Of a stretch of 64,000 nt of DNA, positions 58,044 through 64,000 are shown in pieces. The translations under genes were made by a program, and so were the position numbers. Position 1 is the stretch's first letter; every line of letters starts with the position of its first letter. Location of the stretch: contig CAYHHX010000001.1 in the NCBI GenBank assembly GCA_964356545.1, positions 1,918-65,917 on the forward strand, written 5' to 3'. Source of the stretch: an uncultured Candidatus Saccharibacteria bacterium. GTDB taxonomy: Bacteria; Patescibacteriota; Minisyncoccia; Minisyncoccales; Staskawiczbacteraceae. The notes beneath the pieces are model-generated. The model saw only the letters and a list, made by a program, of their open reading frames with translations. It had not been told where the DNA came from and did not search any database.

Positions 58044-58517
58044 TTAGATTATTTGTTTTTTGTTGCATATATTTAGAATCTTTTTTGTGCCATCAGAAAT
58101 ATTTAATTTATAAAAATTTTCATCCGATGAATTTAGCAGATAATAATTACTGTGTTCAGACTGGTCTATTTTAATATTACCTGGTTCAGTTTCAATGAAG
58201 AAATTAAATTGTCTTGTCTTCTTGCCGGAACTAGAAGCGTAATCAAATGAACCAAGATAAGCAATAATATCAGTTATTACAAGATTAGTTTCTTCTTTGA
58301 CTTCTCTGGCCAGAGCTTGCAATAAATTTTCATCAGCATTCACGCCGCCACCGGGCAATACCACAAGCCCGCCCAAAAAATCGGATAAAGCTCTTTCTAA
58401 AAGTAAAAACTTATCATTATTTTTAATAACCGCTCTTACCACAATTTTTTGAATATTGTCTTTTTTTGCTTGTTCCAGTAATTTTTGAATTGTTTTTTTG
58501 GATATATTTGACTTCAT
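58044..58517 (-). CDS. NUDIX hydrolase
   Basis: LPGGGVNADENLLQALAREVKEET. Confidence 0.88.
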   Translation of the reverse strand: MKSNISKKTIQKLLEQAKKDNIQKIVVRAVIKNNDKFLLLERALSDFLGGLVVLPGGGVNADENLLQALAREVKEETNLVITDIIAYLGSFDYASSSGKKTRQFNFFIETEPGNIKIDQSEHSNYYLLNSSDENFYKLNISDGTKKILNICNKKQII

Positions 58518-58553
58518 AAAATTTAGTTTTCTAATTATACCATCTACATTATT

Positions 58554-58620
58554 CTAAAACAAACACGATATAAATATAAAAAATGGCTTGATAAAGGTGT
58601 TTGACAATGATATGCTGAAA
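58554..58620 (+). repeat. About 65-bp promoter-bearing repeat, copy 1
   Basis: CTAAAACAAACACGATATAAAT...GGCTTGATAAAGGTGTTTGACAATGATATG recurs at 63519-63585. Confidence 0.8.
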
Positions 58621-58682
58621 ACAGAAGGGAGGCAAACAACCTCTCTAAAGCCACTTTGCTGGTGGCAATTCAAACAGTGTGT

Positions 58683-58943
58683 ATGAGCGAAAGGGGCGTT
58701 CACTATTATCCTTCCTATGAAATGGTTCAAGCACTTGTGGAACATGCCCATCCCGTCCTTCAAAAAGATGGACGACATGTGACTGCCAGTGTTATTGATT
58801 TCATTTCTAGAAAGTTTATAGATGCGTATGGCAAAGGAATTCAAGAGAAGGATATCTTATCGAAGTTTTGGGTACCCTTGGTTGATGAGAACGGTAAAAT
58901 CATCGGGAAACTATACACCGATGGAATAACCGAAGTTGACTAG
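58683..58943 (+). CDS. Hypothetical protein
   Basis: ORF between a promoter repeat and a terminator (GAGGCAC...GTGCCTT at 58952-58980); start uncertain. Confidence 0.4.
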   Translation: MSERGVHYYPSYEMVQALVEHAHPVLQKDGRHVTASVIDFISRKFIDAYGKGIQEKDILSKFWVPLVDENGKIIGKLYTDGITEVD

Positions 58944-59026
58944 AAAAATATGAGGCACTTTTTGCAAGGGTGCCTTTTTATTTAAAAGCATTTATAAAAT
59001 TAAATTTTAGTGGTATATTTATTTAT

Positions 59027-59491
59027 ATGAATTATCCAAAACACATTGTAGCCACTGCTTCCTTGGTATGTAATAAAAATAACCAGGTTTTGCTAGTTAA
59101 AACAAAAAGGCGAGGATGGGAAATGCCAGGCGGGGTCATTGAAGAAGGCGAAGATGTTGCCTCGGCTTTAAAAAGAGAAACTTTAGAAGAAGCTGGTGTT
59201 ACTATAACTATCAAAAAATTTGTTGCGTTTTATTCCAATATTAAAGACAGTATCGTGATTTTAGATTTTATCTCAGAATGCGAAGGAGGTCTTCCAAAAA
59301 ACGTAAAAGATATTATTGATGACAATGAAATAACGGACGTGGCTTGGTTTTCTAAAGAAGATGCGATGGTAAACGTAACCGACAAGATTATGTCTTATAG
59401 ATTAAAATGGTTATTAGAAAACAAAAATAATGTACGTTATGCATATTATTCCAAAGATCCTTTTAAAGTGATATCAGAGACTGTCTTCTAA
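59027..59491 (+). CDS. NUDIX hydrolase
   Basis: WEMPGGVIEEGEDVASALKRETLEEAG. Confidence 0.9.
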   Translation: MNYPKHIVATASLVCNKNNQVLLVKTKRRGWEMPGGVIEEGEDVASALKRETLEEAGVTITIKKFVAFYSNIKDSIVILDFISECEGGLPKNVKDIIDDNEITDVAWFSKEDAMVNVTDKIMSYRLKWLLENKNNVRYAYYSKDPFKVISETVF

Positions 59492-59576
59492 TATTTTTAT
59501 CTAAAGTATAGTAATTCAATTTTAATTAAAATTTACCATCTCCATCTCCATGTTCGGAACATTCATAAACCAAGTT

Positions 59577-59616
59577 CCCGCCAAGAGGCGAGGAGGCTCG
59601 CCCAATTCATGGGCGG
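59577..59616. mobile_element. 40-bp GC-rich palindromic insertion
   Basis: CCCGCCAAGAGGCGAGGAGGCTCGCCCAATTCATGGGCGG is absent from the homologous empty site near 14890-14915. Confidence 0.75.
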
Positions 59617-59639
59617 CTAATATTGGACCACTAACTGGG

Positions 59640-59660
59640 AAATGGGGACAGCCACTATTA
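59640..59660 (-). repeat. REP-like 21-mer, reverse copy
   Basis: AAATGGGGACAGCCACTATTA. Confidence 0.88.
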
Positions 59661-59974
59661 TTAGAAATGAAATATAAAATATACGCCAAAAGGGGGAGTG
59701 GATATAAAATTTCAAACTAACGAGGCAAAAAATAATAATAGTGTAAAAATTATAGTGTCCGACACTGGAATCGGCATTCCTCCAGAAAAAATTAAAACTT
59801 TGTTTGAAACAACATTTGAAAGGGGAGAAGAAGCTAAAAAATGGCCACTGTAGGCAGTGGCGTTGGACTATATTTATCTACTCAAATTATCAAAGCCCAT
59901 AACGGCAAAATCTGGGCGGAGTCGCCTGGCGAGGGCAAGGTTTCTGTTTTTTAGTTGAGCTACCATCGGAGTAA
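59661..59974 (+). pseudogene. Frameshifted HATPase_c (histidine kinase 3' end) fragment starting at the repeat
   Basis: KYTPKGGV, VSDTGIGI, GVGLYLSTQIIKAHNGKIWAESPGEGK; near-identical stretch at 57746-57805. Confidence 0.8.
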
Positions 59975-60018
59975 AAATTTGATTTTTTATTTTTAAAGGT
60001 ATAGAATAAAATAAATTT

Positions 60019-60210
60019 ATGGTTACAAAAATAGACAGCCAAAAACAAAATAAGGATATGAAAGATGTATTTGCAGAATTAAAATCTATAAAAAATCAGC
60101 TGGCAAAGCTTTTATTTTTGATTCCTGAAGAATCTTTAAAGGGATATAAAAATACAAATCAAATTAAAAAAGATTACTTAGAGGCATTAAATAATTTTCC
60201 TCCCGAATAA
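60019..60210 (+). CDS. Small protein, putative type II antitoxin
   Basis: 63 aa, directly upstream of a RelE-like N-terminus. Confidence 0.5.
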   Translation: MVTKIDSQKQNKDMKDVFAELKSIKNQLAKLLFLIPEESLKGYKNTNQIKKDYLEALNNFPPE

Positions 60211-60234
60211 ATTTTATCAACAAATAACTTAAGA

Positions 60235-61281
60235 ATGATTATTTGTAAAACAGAGAACTTTTTTAATCATTTGGCGAAATTGCCGGGCGATATTAAAAAA
60301 GTTTACGGCAAGCAAGAAGCGATATTTAAAGTAAACTGGCTTGATTCTCGTTTACATTCCAAAAGAATCAAAGAATTAATTGAAAAGTTTGATAAAAAGG
60401 TTTACGTTATCAGTTCTCAAAATCGTTTTGCAATAAAAGTTGCTCGAGCTAATAGTGTTCCATGCGCTTTCTTAGATGGTCTTTCGTGGTTTTGGAAAAA
60501 AATTCCAGATGACCACCTTATTGCGGATATTATTTTTTGGATCAACTATCCAAATATAACTAAGAAAATTCCCGTAAAATTAACTGATAAAATTTTTATA
60601 ATTCACGGTATAACTGAACAAGTTGGGAAGTCTATTAAAAAGCGTAGAAAAGGTGAAACACTAATGTATATTGGTGGTTGTAATAATCCACTTACTGACC
60701 ATCCAACTCATTATTTAGATTTATTAACAGAATTAATTATTTTTATAAAAAGAAAAGGGATAAATATGGAACTATCTACAGACCTTAACTCAAAAACATA
60801 TTTAAAGAAATATTCCGAAGTATTTAATATAATAAAAATATACGATCATAGTAGTTTTATAAATAAGTTATCTATTACAGGTAAATTTATCACAAATGGA
60901 GGACAAACTGCTTTTTTGGAAGCCGCACATGTAGATACGATTATTTCTTTTTTTCTACCCATAAATTTAAGTCAATTTTCTTTAATTAATAATCTCGCAT
61001 CAATTAAAATGGAATTTTCAGGTTTACGATGGGAAAACTATATCAAGTTACCGAAAACTTTTTATCAATATAGTGAAAAAGATGCCATTAATTTTTTAAA
61101 TAAACAATCTTTAAAGATTATCAAAACCCCAAAAATACTCGAAAAAGTTTGTAATGATTTTTACGATTTATTAGTATTATCAGTTCATAGTGGAGATCAA
61201 AAAAAATTTAGCACTATCATCGGTTCATCTGGCGCAGAAGATATATTTAAAATAATAAAAAAGAGTTGGGGTTTAAAATAG
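60235..61281 (+). CDS. Chimeric ORF: RelE/ParE-like N-terminal fragment fused to a GT-B glycosyltransferase-like (CGA-synthase-related) body
   Basis: F...LAKLP..IK.......IFK.NW.DSRLHSK.IK, then FLDGLSWFW, YIGGCNNP, TNGGQTAFLEA, LPINLSQ. Confidence 0.55.
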   Translation: MIICKTENFFNHLAKLPGDIKKVYGKQEAIFKVNWLDSRLHSKRIKELIEKFDKKVYVISSQNRFAIKVARANSVPCAFLDGLSWFWKKIPDDHLIADIIFWINYPNITKKIPVKLTDKIFIIHGITEQVGKSIKKRRKGETLMYIGGCNNPLTDHPTHYLDLLTELIIFIKRKGINMELSTDLNSKTYLKKYSEVFNIIKIYDHSSFINKLSITGKFITNGGQTAFLEAAHVDTIISFFLPINLSQFSLINNLASIKMEFSGLRWENYIKLPKTFYQYSEKDAINFLNKQSLKIIKTPKILEKVCNDFYDLLVLSVHSGDQKKFSTIIGSSGAEDIFKIIKKSWGLK

Positions 61282-61288
61282 AAAAACT

Positions 61289-62278
61289 ATGGAAAAAGAA
61301 ACTGTTTTAAAAAGAGGGGATACGATAGCAGTTATTGCTCCCTCAGAATCTTTAAAGAAAATATCTTCAATTAAAAAATTGGCAGAGGAACGGTTTTTGC
61401 ATGAATTCGGAATTAAAATAAAATATGGGAAAAATGGAGCGAAGACTGATTTATTGGGTTCTTCTTCTATTTTATCAAGAATTGATGATCTTCATGAAGC
61501 ATTTAAAAATCCTAAAATTAAGGCAATTATATGCGCCACCGGGGGATATAATGCCAATGATCTTTTGCCCCATATTGATTGGGAGGTTATTCGGCAAAAT
61601 CCCAAACCATTTATCGGGTCATCGGATATTACCGTATTATTGAATGCTATTTATGCAAAGACCTCGATAACAACATATTTTAGTCCAAATTTTTATAAAT
61701 TTGGCATGAAGCTTGGATTTGACTACACGATTGAGTATTTTAAAAAGTGTATGATGTCTTCTGAATCTTATATTATTGAAAAAACTAAATCTTGGAGTAA
61801 TGATAAGTGGTATAAAAATCAAGACAAGCGAGTGTTTAATAACAATACCGGATATATCGTATGCCAGGAGGGTGAGGCTAAAGGAACTATTATTGGTGGC
61901 AATCTTTCTTCGTTAAATTTATTACAGGGCACCGAATGTATGCCAAGTTTTGATGGGGTAGTTTTATTTTTAGAAGACGATGACTTGGCTGGAGAATTTA
62001 CTTTTGGCGAATTTAATCGGAATTTACAATCACTGTTACAGCTACCATCGGCAAAAAATATTATGGGAATTGTATTGGGAAGATTTCCTGTGGAATCAAT
62101 GATGACCGAGGAAAAAATACGATGGTTGTTTGATTCAAAACCGGTATTAAGACATATTCCCATTGTTGCTAATGTTGATTTTGGTCACACTGATCCATCA
62201 TGTATATTTCCTATTGGTGGAAAGGCAAAGATTAAAATTTATCAAAAAAATACAACGATTGAAATTAGTCGTCATTAA
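61289..62278 (+). CDS. S66 family peptidase (LD-carboxypeptidase / MccF-like)
   Basis: IAVIAPS, TGGYNAN, FIGSSDIT, GGNL, LFLED, DFGHTDP. Confidence 0.9.
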   Translation: MEKETVLKRGDTIAVIAPSESLKKISSIKKLAEERFLHEFGIKIKYGKNGAKTDLLGSSSILSRIDDLHEAFKNPKIKAIICATGGYNANDLLPHIDWEVIRQNPKPFIGSSDITVLLNAIYAKTSITTYFSPNFYKFGMKLGFDYTIEYFKKCMMSSESYIIEKTKSWSNDKWYKNQDKRVFNNNTGYIVCQEGEAKGTIIGGNLSSLNLLQGTECMPSFDGVVLFLEDDDLAGEFTFGEFNRNLQSLLQLPSAKNIMGIVLGRFPVESMMTEEKIRWLFDSKPVLRHIPIVANVDFGHTDPSCIFPIGGKAKIKIYQKNTTIEISRH

Positions 62279-62321
62279 TAAAAAAATGCACGTTGCTTGA
62301 ACGTGCATCTGTATCATGGTT

Positions 62322-63383
62322 TTAACCATAATACTGAGAAAGATCTGATGCGATAAGCTCAATCGCATTTTGCGAAGTTAAATCCAGTGGTCCATTCTCA
62401 ATCACACTTTTCTTCATGAAAAGTAGATTTACAATGTACCATGGCAAGTCTTCACTGGTTACAGTATATGTTTTGTGGTTTTGATAATTTGGGACTTCAT
62501 CAAAACGCAAAACACTTCCATCTCCACGAGTTGTAAGAAACGGGAGATATCCTGCGATGCCAAGATTTTTATTGATACCATGACCATAGGGATGTTCTTC
62601 GATCCAACTCTCGAGTTTTAGCCATCCCTTGAGGATCATTTTGCTTGCTGCTTCATAGATTACCCCCGAAGATGTGATTCCAAGAATGTCCAGCCAAAAG
62701 CCGGTATACATCAACTCAACTTTGGCGAAACTTCTGTCGCAAGCCCTGAAGGTTTGATTAAGCATCCTTTCCCAAATGCGCAAAGATAAGCTCAACTCAC
62801 CGGAGATATCTGAAGTGTAGACTACAGAAGTCTCTCCCTTGTATCCCATGCATTTCAGGTAGCGTGTCAAAGCTGGGTGACCTTGACTTGCATGAACGTC
62901 TTTCAGTACAGACTGGACACATTCCCGATTAAATCCAGTGTAGTCGGAAAGCCTATCAGCAAAGAAGCTGTCTTCGGAAACATAGACAATCTTCTTGCAA
63001 CAATTTGGAGGCACTCCCACGGCATCATGAATTTGATCAATTCTAGGATGCCACGAGCGGTACCACACCTCGAAGTCGCCGACAGAATTGAAGGTAATTT
63101 CCCTCTTGGAAATCCGCTTCATTTCGGATGTGTTGAGAAGACACATTCCACCAAGAATCGTTGTGTTATTTAGGTCTAAGGGAAGTTTTGGCCCAAATTT
63201 CTGCGGGAACTTCACTGTAATAATTTTATTTACAGATGAGCCGTTCCAAAAATTTGGAACATCATTTTGCCCGCAAGCAACCCTTGTTAACATCGATTTG
63301 GAAAATGCCACAGCCTGATCCTGAGAGCTTGCCCAAGTCATTAGTCCGTTCATGATAGACGCCTTTGTAAAAGAGATTGTCAT
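62322..63383 (-). CDS. Hypothetical protein (GC-richer than host genes)
   Basis: 353-aa ORF; minus-strand TTGACA at 63424-63429; shared terminator ATGCACGTT...AACGTGCAT at 62287-62308. Confidence 0.7.
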   Translation of the reverse strand: MTISFTKASIMNGLMTWASSQDQAVAFSKSMLTRVACGQNDVPNFWNGSSVNKIITVKFPQKFGPKLPLDLNNTTILGGMCLLNTSEMKRISKREITFNSVGDFEVWYRSWHPRIDQIHDAVGVPPNCCKKIVYVSEDSFFADRLSDYTGFNRECVQSVLKDVHASQGHPALTRYLKCMGYKGETSVVYTSDISGELSLSLRIWERMLNQTFRACDRSFAKVELMYTGFWLDILGITSSGVIYEAASKMILKGWLKLESWIEEHPYGHGINKNLGIAGYLPFLTTRGDGSVLRFDEVPNYQNHKTYTVTSEDLPWYIVNLLFMKKSVIENGPLDLTSQNAIELIASDLSQYYG

Positions 63384-63431
63384 AACTCAGCGTTGATGTT
63401 AATCTATTATATTATTACTATTTTGTCAAGA

Positions 63432-63491
63432 ATAGTTAAAAAATTCGGGCTAGAACAAACGTTACGGGGAGTGGGGAGGCCAAAGAAATAA
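63432..63491 (+). pseudogene. 3' remnant of a RAYT gene
   Basis: IVKKFGLEQTLRGVGRPKK* versus VVKKFGLEQTLRRVGRPKNGG* at 23002-23067. Confidence 0.85.
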
Positions 63492-63494
63492 CGG

Positions 63495-63515
63495 AGATGG
63501 TGACTGTCCTCATTT
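63495..63515 (+). repeat. REP-like 21-mer, forward copy
   Basis: AGATGGTGACTGTCCTCATTT, 3 nt after the RAYT remnant stop. Confidence 0.8.
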
Positions 63516-63518
63516 CCT

Positions 63519-63585
63519 CTAAAACAAACACGATATAAATACAAAAAGTGGCTTGATAAAGGTGTTTGACAATGATATGTTAGAA
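63519..63585 (+). repeat. About 65-bp promoter-bearing repeat, copy 2
   Basis: Matches 58554-58620; starts right after a REP-like motif. Confidence 0.8.
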
Positions 63586-63618
63586 AAGATTACGAAATTC
63601 TATATTTAAAGTCAAAAC

Positions 63619-64000
63619 ATGAAATTCAATTTTAAAATATCAAAACTTAATAACTTTTACTTTTTTGTTTCCAATTTAACGGAGTTTCATTTTTCTTGCC
63701 GTCCGCATTTTAATAAAGATTGGATAAAAGCTACCGGAGAGTTAAGTCAAGAAGAAAAATTGGCTATACTTGAATTGAAACCTATTTTTAAAAAATATGG
63801 GTTCGTTTTTAAAAATAATAAATCTCTTTATTTAGGAAAATATTTTTATTGCCCGGAAGATAAGGATAAGTGGAATATTCTCAAAGAATATGTTACTGAG
63901 GCAGAATATAAAAAATTATCTGATGGCTTTGAGGTGTTTGAAAGCCGTTTCAACAAATTATATAAGGAAAACTTGCTGCAAAGCTGGAAAGCTACTTTGG
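63619..64000 (+). CDS. Hypothetical protein running off the right edge
   Basis: Open frame from ATG 63619: MKFNFKISKLNNFYFFVSNLTEFHFSCRPHFNKDW... Confidence 0.65.
   Translation, partial: MKFNFKISKLNNFYFFVSNLTEFHFSCRPHFNKDWIKATGELSQEEKLAILELKPIFKKYGFVFKNNKSLYLGKYFYCPEDKDKWNILKEYVTEAEYKKLSDGFEVFESRFNKLYKENLLQSWKATL

Noticed and set aside
550-63318. Numerous 60-150 aa ORFs antisense to or overlapping identified genes
   Set aside because: No motifs; expected shadow ORFs of real coding strands.
15267-63515. Repeats as a CRISPR array or classical integron attC sites
   Set aside because: Copies are kilobases apart in both orientations with no regular spacers, no cas or tyrosine-integrase gene, and no RYYYAAC/GTTRRRY ends.

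Overview
AT-rich bacterial chromosome segment. Gene content (VirD4-like ATPase with CxxC-x17-CxxC tail, split transketolase, minimal metabolism, CCA-less tRNA genes) suggests Patescibacteria/CPR (Parcubacteria); this is an inference. Bases 1-13.2 kb are mostly core genes (pgk, recJ-like, rnhA, rnpB, murJ, lepA, three tRNAs) plus a GC-rich gene broken by one amber codon whose 3' end looks like a diversity-generating retroelement (DGR) variable region. From about 13.3 kb to the end is a mosaic accessory region: an RHS toxin with immunity genes, a sugar-phosphate operon, many nucleotide house-cleaning enzymes and aminoacyl-tRNA-synthetase paralogues. The main signal is a 21-nt imperfect palindrome (consensus AAATGGTGGCTGTCCCCATTT) that I find 15 times in mostly alternating orientation. 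It brackets a REP-associated tyrosine transposase (RAYT) gene, sits at gene-block boundaries and coincides with several gene truncations, which suggests a RAYT-driven cassette capture/shuffling system. One block holds a radical SAM enzyme, a non-canonical tRNA-Cys-like gene, a protein with a CysRS-type C-terminal domain, a guanylate-kinase-like gene and a complete CysRS. A promoter/49-codon leader/terminator module, apparently from a speD locus, is present four times. All calls are by eye and by motif recognition; no searches were run.
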